Shown here: positions 9,846-18,603 of the stretch, piece after piece | Layout of the letters: each line of letters starts with the position of its first letter | Position numbering within the stretch: position 1 is the first letter of the stretch | The notes under the pieces: generated by a model | What the model was told of the DNA's origin: nothing | What the model saw: only the letters and a program-made list of their open reading frames with translations | Database searches by the model: none | Assembly (NCBI GenBank): GCA_965215195.1 | Contig: CBDCDC010000002.1 | Span: forward strand, 2,944,001 to 3,008,000 | Direction of reading: 5' to 3' | DNA: 64,000 bases | DNA from: Candidatus Latescibacterota bacterium | Lineage (GTDB): Bacteria; Latescibacterota; UBA2968; UBA8231 | Translations under genes and position numbers: made by a program

Positions 9846-10175
9846 ATGCAGGCGATACAGTATCAAGTAGAGATCTACGAAGACCGGCGTGGTCGGCAGC
9901 CTTTCAGAACGTGGCTCCAGCGCCAAGATGCACGGATTCAGCAAAGAATAGAGCAGCGGATAGCGCGAGTAGCTCGCGGCAATCTAGGCGACTATGCCTC
10001 TGTAGGCAGTAGCGTATTTGAGCTACGCGAGCAACGCGGATATCGCATATATTTTGCCCGGATAGGTCGCACCGCGATTCTGCTGCTGTGTGGCGGCAAC
10101 AAAAACTCGCAGCCCAGCGACGTTGCCCGAGCTCAACAGCTTTGGCGCGAGTACCAAAAGGAGCGAATCCCATGA
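9846..10175 (+). CDS. higB: RelE/ParE-superfamily toxin (addiction-module killer, HigB-like)
   Basis: PFRTWL...RIARVARGNLGDYASVGSSVFELR...GYRIYF...ILLLCGGNKNSQPSDVARA. ATGA-coupled to the downstream antitoxin. Confidence 0.9.
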   Translation: MQAIQYQVEIYEDRRGRQPFRTWLQRQDARIQQRIEQRIARVARGNLGDYASVGSSVFELREQRGYRIYFARIGRTAILLLCGGNKNSQPSDVARAQQLWREYQKERIP

Positions 10176-10540
10176 GTCCTGCTACTCTCTTTTTTGAGGA
10201 CTACCTCATCCCTAAGCTCAAGGATGCAGAGTACGCTAAGGAATATCTAGAGACGGCCTTAGAGACCTATGCCGAAGACCGCGATGTCGATGCGCTTCTT
10301 AGTGCGATACAAGACGTGGTCTTTGCCCAAGGTACGTTTGAGCAAACCGAGATCTACGAAGAGCATTGCACCGGATGCTTCCTTAAGAAGGCCCGTCCTG
10401 TCCTCGCCCAGCTAGGCTATCGGTTGGAGCCGTTCTCCGTACACACGAAAGTCTCTATCGTACTCTCAGAGGAACCGACGCGCCCGGCAGTGAACGATGG
10501 CTCCTCTTATTCCATAGAGCATACGGCGGCACCCGCCTAA
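10172..10540 (+). CDS. Addiction-module antidote (HigA-like) with an atypical or absent HTH
   Basis: N-terminus LKDAEYAKEYLETALE...LLSAIQDVVFAQG and C-terminal LAQLGYRL are typical of the family. Translationally coupled to the toxin. Confidence 0.72.
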   Translation: MSPATLFFEDYLIPKLKDAEYAKEYLETALETYAEDRDVDALLSAIQDVVFAQGTFEQTEIYEEHCTGCFLKKARPVLAQLGYRLEPFSVHTKVSIVLSEEPTRPAVNDGSSYSIEHTAAPA

Positions 10541-10548
10541 TCCCCGCC

Positions 10549-11916
10549 CTAAAACACCCGCACCACCGTCCCGCGCTCGGCCGCTAGCCGTTTTGCTACC
10601 GCCTCCTTGGTCATTGGATTCTCCGGCCACTCCTCGGGTGCCACGTGCGACAGCCGCAACAACAGGCGCGCTAGCTGCCCGACGTATTCTTTTAACTCCC
10701 GCACGTTGAGCTTGTCGGCCGTGTCGGCTGGCTCGTGGTGGTAATCGGAATCGGCGTGGCGGCCGCTAAAGCGCCAGCGCCACAGATGCGCCGCGTCAAT
10801 GCCCGCGCGCAAAAAGGGAAAGTGGTCTGAAGTCGCGTCGAGTTGGGACATTACGTGACATTTTAATCCGTCGCCCATCGCATCGAGTTGCGTTTGCACC
10901 AAGTCGCGCAAATGCCCAAACGCCAGCACCACCCCCTTGATCGGCCCGGTCGATAGCTCGTCGAGATTGATCGCCAGCCGCGGCTTTGCGCCGCAGTGTT
11001 GCCGCACGTATTCGATTGACCCTTGGAACGTCTGCTCCTCGGCGCTGTACGTCGCAAAGCACAAGCTCATCCCGGGCTCAACTCCCAACGCTGATTTCAG
11101 CCCGGCCAGTACCCGCGCTGTCTCCAGCACTGCAATGGTCCCCGAGGCATTGTCGTTGCCCCCGGGTGCGCCGTACACCGTGTCGTGGTGCCCGCCCAAC
11201 ATCAGCCGCCCCCGAGGCCACCGCGCCCCGGCAATTGAGGCGACCACGTTGTGCGCCGATGCTCGGTAAAACCGGCTCTCAACGGTTAGCTTGAGCCGCT
11301 TGCCCGCGCTGGCCCACTTCTGCAACAGGGCCCCGTGTTCCCGCGAGGTCGCCACCGCCGGAATGGGCAACTCGGCGGTCTCCGGTTCGCGCCAATCTCC
11401 GCCGTTGTGGTACTCCACCCGCCGCCCGTCCTTTGGATCAATCGCCACCACCGCCACTGCGCCGGCCTTGAATAGGGCTTTGAGCCGCACATTGGGCGGA
11501 GAGGGCGCAGTAAAAGGTTCCAGCGCTAGGTGCATCACCGCGATGCTCCCTTGGAGCTGGCTGCGCACCCGGTCGATCTCGCGTTCCGTACCATAGCCGG
11601 CATTGACGATCGGGGCTTCGAGCTCGCACGGCGGACAGCGATTATAGGGCAAGAGGTCAATCTCCAGATCTCCCACCGTTGCCTCGGCCCGTTTGTACGC
11701 CCATGTATCCAGCGCAAACTCCTCCAGCGCCGCGTCGGCCAGTCCCGCCTGTGCAAACTGCTCCCGCAGGTACTCCACCGCTTGGCGCTCTCCCGCAGAA
11801 GAAGCCCAGCGCGGTCCGATCTGCTCGCACAATACCTCCACGTGCTCGCCGATCTGCGCACCGGTCCAAGCCTCGCCAAAAATCCAGCGGTCGATTTCCC
11901 GCCAATTCAGTTCCAT
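10549..11916 (-). CDS. M28-family aminopeptidase with PA domain
   Basis: NVVASI, LGGHHDT, GGNDNASG, YSAEE, INLD, SDHFPF, YHHEPADT. Confidence 0.9.
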   Translation of the reverse strand: MELNWREIDRWIFGEAWTGAQIGEHVEVLCEQIGPRWASSAGERQAVEYLREQFAQAGLADAALEEFALDTWAYKRAEATVGDLEIDLLPYNRCPPCELEAPIVNAGYGTEREIDRVRSQLQGSIAVMHLALEPFTAPSPPNVRLKALFKAGAVAVVAIDPKDGRRVEYHNGGDWREPETAELPIPAVATSREHGALLQKWASAGKRLKLTVESRFYRASAHNVVASIAGARWPRGRLMLGGHHDTVYGAPGGNDNASGTIAVLETARVLAGLKSALGVEPGMSLCFATYSAEEQTFQGSIEYVRQHCGAKPRLAINLDELSTGPIKGVVLAFGHLRDLVQTQLDAMGDGLKCHVMSQLDATSDHFPFLRAGIDAAHLWRWRFSGRHADSDYHHEPADTADKLNVRELKEYVGQLARLLLRLSHVAPEEWPENPMTKEAVAKRLAAERGTVVRVF

Positions 11917-11992
11917 CGCGTCCTCCTCTTTGCCAAGTCCTCATAGGATAGACAAATGTTGTTCCTCGACCAAAGGGGCGTTAGATTTCCCC

Positions 11993-12124
11993 CTTAGTAC
12001 ACGCCACCTAAAGTAGGTGCCCCTTACTTTGAGTACGCCTTTTCTGCGGTTTCCGCTGGGTGCGGGATCGAGGGCGTCCCGCCCTCGATCCTTGGCAGGC
12101 TGAGGGCTGGTGTCGTGTAGTAAG
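11993..12124 (+). mobile_element. 132-bp MITE, copy 1
   Basis: Imperfect TIRs CTTAGTACACGCCACC / GGTGTCGTGTAGTAAG. 9-bp direct repeat GATTTCCCC at 11984-11992 and 12125-12133. Near-identical copies at 20100 and 48260. Confidence 0.88.
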
Positions 12125-12169
12125 GATTTCCCCAAAGATGGACCTCCACAGTTTTGAAAGGTGCCGCCG

Positions 12170-14758
12170 ATGAATATCCACACGAAACTCCTCTCGCGCT
12201 TTGTGGTGGTCAGCGCAGTGCTGTGGTCGAATGGGGCCGGGGATTTGCTGGCTCAAGCAGGCCATCGGATCGACCGCAGTGCGAACCAAGTCGTCGTCGG
12301 ACCCGACCACTGGGAACACTGGGAATTTGCGCCCGGTACTATCCAGATTTCCCCACTCGGAGCGGTGCAGCCCAATCGCGTCCGCAAAAACACCAATGCC
12401 GCGCTGGCTATCGTCGATTTTCTGCGCTTTAACCCGCCAGATTACCTCTCCAAGAAAGAGCCTGAAGCCATCGTTCTCCTCGACGCCATTCAGGGTGGGT
12501 CCAACCGCGCCGGGGTCGTCGCCGCCCTAGATGGCGATTTGACCACGTACTGGGAGCCCGATCCGGTTGATGAGAATGTAGATCTGTCGTCTCAGTGGTG
12601 GTTTACCGTGGATTTGGGCCGCGTGGTTTTCATCGACAAAATCGCGCTAAAATTCGTCGCGGAGGGAATGGGCGATCCCTTTCTTTTGTTTGACGTACTG
12701 GTGTCGGACGGACAGAAGCCAGTACAGGCAATCGGCGGGTCGAGCCTCGAGTTTTTTCCGGTGCTCCAGACGCTAAAGCCCAACAAAAGCCAGCGAACCT
12801 TTGCGGTCGAACTCGATCCAGTGGGGCTCGACCAGCGCCGGGCGGTAGGGCGCTTTGTCCAAGTGGTGGTGCAGGCCAGCGATTTTGGCCGCGGCCGAGA
12901 AGTATCCCCAGAGCAGTACGACCAGCTAGCGGCCGAGGACCGAGGGATCATCGAATATAGCAAGCGCCAAGCCGACGGGCGGGAGATCGCGGTCAAACGG
13001 GAGGTGTACGAAGCCCTCGATCCCCAGCGGCAGGGGGCGGTGCGCTACTTTCGGCGCGAGCGGCCCCGGTTGGCCGAGCTCGAAGTGTGGACCCAAGGCG
13101 ACGACTTGGCCAGTGGGGCCTTGCGACGCCATGGCTCCATTTCTACTACGGTGCCCGGCAGCATCAATCCCCAACTGATGATCGACGGCAATGTGACCAG
13201 CGTAGAGGGGCTGTCCCTGTTCAACATTGAGAATCGGTTAGAGGACGAGTTGTTCATCGACTTGGGCTCGTTCTTCTGGATCCACAGCCACCGGATGAGT
13301 TTCACCGAGAGTACGCTGGGGAATCATCGGTTGGAATTTTCCGATGGCTCGCGGGAAGTAGATGGGGGCCTCAAGTGGACCACGGCCGTGCGGCGCGAGC
13401 AAGTAAAGCGGAGCATCGCCGGGGCCCTCAGCGTTGATGGCAATGACTTCGACCCGGTAAAGGGGCGCTTTTTTCGCTTGGTGTTTGAAGTAGAACATGT
13501 GCGCCTTCCCAACCGCAGCGCTAGCCGATTGAGCGAGATACAACTTTTTGGCGAGGGATTTTTGCCAGAGGTGCAGCTCGAATCGGACCTGATCCGGTTG
13601 GGCGGCAGCCGCAACTTGGTCGCCCTCGAATGGGACGCGCACACGCCCCTCGGCACCGAGGTCCTGCTTCAGACTCGCACCGGCGACACCTTGGGCGAGA
13701 TCGTGCACTACTTCAAAAAGGATGGGACCGAAATTTCCGAAACGGCCTACAACAAACTATTGAGCATTTTTCGCGGCGAGACCGTGTCCGAGGAAGTCGC
13801 TGGCGCAGACTGGGCGCCGTGGAGTGTGCCCTACGACGAGCCGGGAGGCAGTCCCATTACGTCGCCTTCGCCGCGGGAGTTTCTCAAGGTGCGGGCGACC
13901 CTGCGCTCGGCAGCGCCGGATGTGGCGGCGAGCTTGTCCGGGCTGCGGCTGCACTTTGCCGAGCCGGTGGCGCGGCGGCTCTTGGGGGAGGTAGTGCCCA
14001 GTCAGGTGGATCGGCTGGGCGTTGAGGTGCCTTTTTCAGTGTATGTGCGACCCGAGTTTGGCGCAGGGGATGGGGGGTTCGACGAGTTGCTGTTGGAAGC
14101 CCCGGCCGGCATGGAACTGACGTATGACGGGTTGTTGGGGAGCGCGGACGGGGAGGATTTTTCACCATGGGCGGCCGCGGTGCTAGATTCGACGGCGGAG
14201 CGGGTGCATTTGTCCTTTGCTCCGCTGGAGCCGGGGAGCGAAGTGGCGGTGCTGCGGACAGACTTTGCGGGGCGTCTGTTTTCTCGCGGTGGACCGCTAA
14301 AAGTGCAACTGCGTCGAGGAGAAGATGGGGAGGGGATCTGGCAGCGCGTCGATCCCGGGGAAGCGGTGGAGGCGGTCGGCAGCAATCGGCTGTTGGTGGT
14401 GGGCCAGCCGCAGAGCCGCTCGATTTTTGCGGATTTGGCGGTTGAGCCAGCCGTGTTGACGCCCAATGGGGATGGGGTCAACGACGAGGTGGCGTTGCGC
14501 TTTTCAGTGGTGTTGGTGGAGGGCCGTCAGCGGGTTGAGGCGACGATCTACGATTTGCAGGGCCGCTTGGTGCGCCAGCTAGCCGAGCAGCGGGATTTTG
14601 CCTCGGGGCTGTACGAAATGGGGTGGGACGGAAGGAATGAAAAGGGAGCGCTCGTGCCGCCGGGTTTGTACGTGCTGCATTTGCGACTGGATGCCAATAC
14701 GTCGGGGGCCAAGCTGCGTCAAGAGGAATTGGTCCGCACCTTGGCCGTAGCCTATTAG
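12170..14758 (+). CDS. Large secreted protein with discoidin-like segments and C-terminal FlgD-Ig/CHU_C-like domain (paralog A)
   Basis: Signal peptide; ALDGDLTTYW and WWFTVDLG; C-terminal LTPNGDGVND...IYDLQGRLVR...WDGRNEKGALVPPGLY. Confidence 0.8.
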   Translation: MNIHTKLLSRFVVVSAVLWSNGAGDLLAQAGHRIDRSANQVVVGPDHWEHWEFAPGTIQISPLGAVQPNRVRKNTNAALAIVDFLRFNPPDYLSKKEPEAIVLLDAIQGGSNRAGVVAALDGDLTTYWEPDPVDENVDLSSQWWFTVDLGRVVFIDKIALKFVAEGMGDPFLLFDVLVSDGQKPVQAIGGSSLEFFPVLQTLKPNKSQRTFAVELDPVGLDQRRAVGRFVQVVVQASDFGRGREVSPEQYDQLAAEDRGIIEYSKRQADGREIAVKREVYEALDPQRQGAVRYFRRERPRLAELEVWTQGDDLASGALRRHGSISTTVPGSINPQLMIDGNVTSVEGLSLFNIENRLEDELFIDLGSFFWIHSHRMSFTESTLGNHRLEFSDGSREVDGGLKWTTAVRREQVKRSIAGALSVDGNDFDPVKGRFFRLVFEVEHVRLPNRSASRLSEIQLFGEGFLPEVQLESDLIRLGGSRNLVALEWDAHTPLGTEVLLQTRTGDTLGEIVHYFKKDGTEISETAYNKLLSIFRGETVSEEVAGADWAPWSVPYDEPGGSPITSPSPREFLKVRATLRSAAPDVAASLSGLRLHFAEPVARRLLGEVVPSQVDRLGVEVPFSVYVRPEFGAGDGGFDELLLEAPAGMELTYDGLLGSADGEDFSPWAAAVLDSTAERVHLSFAPLEPGSEVAVLRTDFAGRLFSRGGPLKVQLRRGEDGEGIWQRVDPGEAVEAVGSNRLLVVGQPQSRSIFADLAVEPAVLTPNGDGVNDEVALRFSVVLVEGRQRVEATIYDLQGRLVRQLAEQRDFASGLYEMGWDGRNEKGALVPPGLYVLHLRLDANTSGAKLRQEELVRTLAVAY

Positions 14759-16281
14759 TGCTCGTCGCGTTCTAAAAGCTGCCGACCACGCGCTCGATGC
14801 TTTTGGCTCTCTGCGAGCAGGCCGAGTGCTGCGCAGGCATCGCCCAAGTAGAGGTGTCCGCGCCCATCTTCAGGCTCCAATTCGACAAAGCGTTGGTACG
14901 CGGTCCGGGCCGCAGCAAAGTCTCCGAGCTGGGCATGAGCTACCCCTAGGTTGAAGTGGGCTTTGGCGTATTGGGGAGCGAGGACCGCGGCTTGGGCGAA
15001 AAGTCGCGCGGCTTCCTTGAACTGGCGCTGCTGGGCGGCGATCAAGCCGAGCACATAGGGAGGCTCGACGAGGGAGGTGTCGAGTTGGACCGCCTTGGCA
15101 AAGGCTTGGGCCGCTCTTTTGAGCGATCCCGACTGGTAGTGAGCATGGCCCAGATGCACGTACAGAACGGGATTTTCTGGCTCTAGCTCGATGGCCCGCT
15201 GGAAATACCGGGCCGCCTGTTTGTGCCGGCCTTGCTCGGCGAGGAGGAGGCCGAGGCCGATATGGGCGTCTTTGTGATCGGGTTTGATTTCGACTGCGCG
15301 GCGAAACTCCAACAGAGCTTGATCGGTTTGGCCGGCCATCTGGTGCTTCAAGCCCATATTGTAGTGATCCCGCGCCGAGCCGATGGGGAGCGATTTGTGC
15401 GTCGGCGGGGAGATTTCAGAGTGCAGGCCCCGATGCTGCTGGCGCAGGCTTTCGGAACGCGCCATTTCCCGCTTGCCCTGTTCGCGGCGGCCGAGGCGGA
15501 GATAGACATTGCCGAGGTTGAGGCGGAGCTTGGGCGAGTCCGGGTTGAGTTCGGTGGCTTTGAGTAGTGCCTGCAAAGCCGCCTCATTATCGCCCATATC
15601 GCGCTGGGCCAGTCCCAAGAGAAAGTGCGCTTCGGCGTCCTGCGGGTCGAAGCGCACTGCTCTTTTGAAGGCCGCTATCGCCTCGGGCGGAAACCCCTTT
15701 TCCCGCTGGATTTTGCCCAATTTCTTGTAGGCCGGTGCCAAGGTGGAATCCGCCTGCAAGGCCGCAGTGTACGCTGCTTGGGCCTGATCTACTTCTTGGC
15801 GATAGCCGTGCAGTAAGCCCAAGTTGTAGTACGCGGTTGCTCGGCGGGGATCGAGCGCGGTCGCTTGCTCAAAGGCGGCCCGCGCCGCTTGGACGTCGCG
15901 GTGCTGGTTGGGGCTATACGCTCTCGAAGTGTATCGGGCCGTGTGGATGATGCCGAGGACTTCGTACAACTCGGCGCGCGTGTGGTTTTTTTGCGGGGCT
16001 AGATCAATGGCGTGTTCGATTGCGCGCAGGGCTTGGGGGAATTTGCCCAGTGCGAGGTAGGAGCGGGCGAGATAGTGGTGGACCTCGTAATCGTCGGCGC
16101 GGTCGGCCAGTGCCTTGTGAAAGGCGACGATGGCTTCGGAGTAGCGCTCCTGAGCGAAGGCGTACATCCCGGCGTTGACCAAGGGGTCGCGCTCCTCGGG
16201 GCCACAGGCGCAGGTGAAGAGGCAAAAGGCGGCCCCGAGCCAAGGCGAGATCCTTTTGAACGACAGGTGAAAGCGGGCCAT
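14755..16281 (-). CDS. Tetratricopeptide-repeat lipoprotein
   Basis: Lipobox-like FTCAC; many TPRs (AYYNLGLL, AHFLLGLA, AHFNLGVA). Confidence 0.9.
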   Translation of the reverse strand: MARFHLSFKRISPWLGAAFCLFTCACGPEERDPLVNAGMYAFAQERYSEAIVAFHKALADRADDYEVHHYLARSYLALGKFPQALRAIEHAIDLAPQKNHTRAELYEVLGIIHTARYTSRAYSPNQHRDVQAARAAFEQATALDPRRATAYYNLGLLHGYRQEVDQAQAAYTAALQADSTLAPAYKKLGKIQREKGFPPEAIAAFKRAVRFDPQDAEAHFLLGLAQRDMGDNEAALQALLKATELNPDSPKLRLNLGNVYLRLGRREQGKREMARSESLRQQHRGLHSEISPPTHKSLPIGSARDHYNMGLKHQMAGQTDQALLEFRRAVEIKPDHKDAHIGLGLLLAEQGRHKQAARYFQRAIELEPENPVLYVHLGHAHYQSGSLKRAAQAFAKAVQLDTSLVEPPYVLGLIAAQQRQFKEAARLFAQAAVLAPQYAKAHFNLGVAHAQLGDFAAARTAYQRFVELEPEDGRGHLYLGDACAALGLLAESQKHRARGRQLLERDEH

Positions 16282-16318
16282 TTAGGTGCAATTGCACGAG
16301 TGTTTGCGGTTGGATTGC

Positions 16319-16494
16319 CGGTGCTAGCAGATTGACCGCGGTCTAGTGCGTTCCTTGCGCTGAAGGGACCACCCATTCCGCGTAGGAGCGTCCCGATGAC
16401 CCCGGCCGAATTTATAATAGCCCTGTTCTGTCGTATCGACAATCAGATGTATGGTATGCCCAAACATCCCCAAGCCGCCTTATACCAAATTTGA
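16319..16494 (+). pseudogene. Diverged left-end remnant of the IS982-like element found intact at 62.7-63.6 kb
   Basis: Encodes MTPAEFIIALFCRIDNQMYGMPKHPQAALYQI*, versus MTTAEFIIALFCRIDHQMGDVPKHPQAALYP in the intact copy. The upstream GGTGCTAG...AGGAGCGTCCC also aligns with the IS left end. Confidence 0.85.
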
Positions 16495-17022
16495 AGCACT
16501 GATGTCCTAATTGTTCTGCCTGTTCCTCTGAGGGACAAGCGGCAGCTCCTGCCATCCATCCGCACTATCCACCGGTCCGCCCCCACCGCATCAACGGCAT
16601 CGTCAGACGCTACGCAAAAAATATCAGCGACACCGTTCAACTTCGCCGCAACCGACGGGTGTGTCCGTGCGATGATTAGTCGCACTAAAAGCGACGATTT
16701 GACGCACTTGTGCGATATATCCGCGCACTTTTAGTGCGTCAAGGGAGTCTCGCAAAGGGCTTGAGAGACGAGCGAGAAAATTTGTTTAATTTTTATAAAG
16801 TATTGTAAAACAGGTATTTAGGATGTATTAGATTAAAAAAATCGGCGCGATTATCGCCCGCCCGCCACGCATTGGCACGATGATTGCATATAATGCTTGC
16901 AAAGACGACATGTTGCACTGAAAGTTTGAGAGGGGCGGGTGGTATAGCCGACACTTGCCCCTTTCAAAAACTGTAGGCACACTAATCGCAAACAATGGCA
17001 GCAACGCCCAAAGGAGTCCCTC

Positions 17023-18591
17023 ATGATCGCCGTCGTGTTCAAAAAAGAGCTGCTCTCGCACCTGCTCAGTCGGCAATTTGCCATCTGCACCACCTTGGCC
17101 GTGCTGCTGATGAGCACCAACGGCTTGGTCCCTAGCCAAAGCTGGTCCTTAAAAAAGGCCAGTTACCAAGCCAAAAAGGCCATCGAAGTCCAAAAGCCAC
17201 GCGACATCACTTATTATGGTGTGCTGGCCGCCGATATCGACCGGTCGTCTCAGGACGGTGTCCGCAAGAACGAGTGGCGAGTCGCCCCCCGAGCCTTGCG
17301 GACACCGCGCCCCTTAGAGCTATTTGCCCAAGGCGACGAAGCCCGCCTAGGGCAAGCCGTGCCAGTGTTGCTCTTTGAAGTGCCCCACATCGTCGAGCAA
17401 GTCGATCCCTTCCATTCGGACAACCACTTTCTATCCCTCTTTAGTACCTACGACATGGTCTATGTCTTTCAACTCGTGTTGGGGCTGTTGGCCATCCTCA
17501 TGGCCAGCGAGACCATCTCCAGAGAAAAGGAAGACGGCACCCTGCGGCTGACTCTGACGACTAATGTCAGCCGCGCCCAACTCCTCGCTGGCAAGTTCTT
17601 GGGCGGGGTGACGACGCTAGCTATTCCCACAGCCTTGGGCTTTATCATCCTCATGATCATCCTCTTAGGCACGGACGGTGCAGACGTGGGCCTCTCCGAA
17701 TGGTGGGGCATGGGCGTCCTCTTCCTGCTCTCGCTTTTGTATCTGACGGTGCTCTATCTGATCGGGCTCGTCGTCTCGTGCGCCACGCACCGCTCGGCGA
17801 CTAGTTTGGTGTACGCGCTCTTTTTGTGGGCCTTGCTGGTCGTCATGCTGCCCAACAGCATCACCGCGCTGCTCAACGAGCGAGCCAACATGAGCGAGAA
17901 AAACGACCAAGCCGACGCTCGAGCGGCCCAAGTGTGGGACGAGTTAGACCAAGAACTGCAAGATCTGGTGCGCGCCCACGGCCAGCGGAGATACCCACCC
18001 ATTGACCTGATCGAGCGAGTCATGCTGGACGATAGAGATAGATCTATTGGACTGGGCGGGTTTTACAATGGCGGATCAAAGCCCGAACTATATATGAACG
18101 GCATCGCCGACACGCCCGGATTAGCCACCTTCCAAGACATCATCCACAGCGGCGAGCAGCTACGCCTGCAATACGCCCAACGTGCGTGGAACGCCCAAGC
18201 CCCCCTTGTCGAAACCTTCCTGCGTCGCTTAGAACGCCAAAACGCCCAACTCCAACGCCTCTTCCCAGCCGGTGCCTACGCCCAAGCCGCCAGTGCCGTC
18301 GCCGGCACCAGCCGAGAGGAATTCTACGGCTTCATTGAGCAGGTGCGCGACTATCGCCGCCAGATCCTCGACTACCTCAAAGACCGCGATGCTTTTGGTA
18401 GCCGCACGTACTTCAACGACGACTCAGGGTGGGAAGCTGACCTCAGCGACATGCCCCGCTTCCAAGAGCGACAGGGCACCTCCTATCAGCGTTTGCGCCA
18501 GAGCTTGCCAGCCCTCACCGTCCTGCTGCTGTATGCGGCCGGTCTGTTTGTCCTTGCCAATCGCCTGTTTGCCCGTTACGACGCTGCATAA
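17023..18591 (+). CDS. ABC-2 type transporter permease with large extracytoplasmic loops
   Basis: IAVVFKKEL start; ETISREKEDGTLRLTLTTNVSRAQLLAGKFLG; multiple TM helices; ends FARYD. Confidence 0.88.
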   Translation: MIAVVFKKELLSHLLSRQFAICTTLAVLLMSTNGLVPSQSWSLKKASYQAKKAIEVQKPRDITYYGVLAADIDRSSQDGVRKNEWRVAPRALRTPRPLELFAQGDEARLGQAVPVLLFEVPHIVEQVDPFHSDNHFLSLFSTYDMVYVFQLVLGLLAILMASETISREKEDGTLRLTLTTNVSRAQLLAGKFLGGVTTLAIPTALGFIILMIILLGTDGADVGLSEWWGMGVLFLLSLLYLTVLYLIGLVVSCATHRSATSLVYALFLWALLVVMLPNSITALLNERANMSEKNDQADARAAQVWDELDQELQDLVRAHGQRRYPPIDLIERVMLDDRDRSIGLGGFYNGGSKPELYMNGIADTPGLATFQDIIHSGEQLRLQYAQRAWNAQAPLVETFLRRLERQNAQLQRLFPAGAYAQAASAVAGTSREEFYGFIEQVRDYRRQILDYLKDRDAFGSRTYFNDDSGWEADLSDMPRFQERQGTSYQRLRQSLPALTVLLLYAAGLFVLANRLFARYDAA

Positions 18592-18603
18592 GGAGAAAAC
18601 GCC

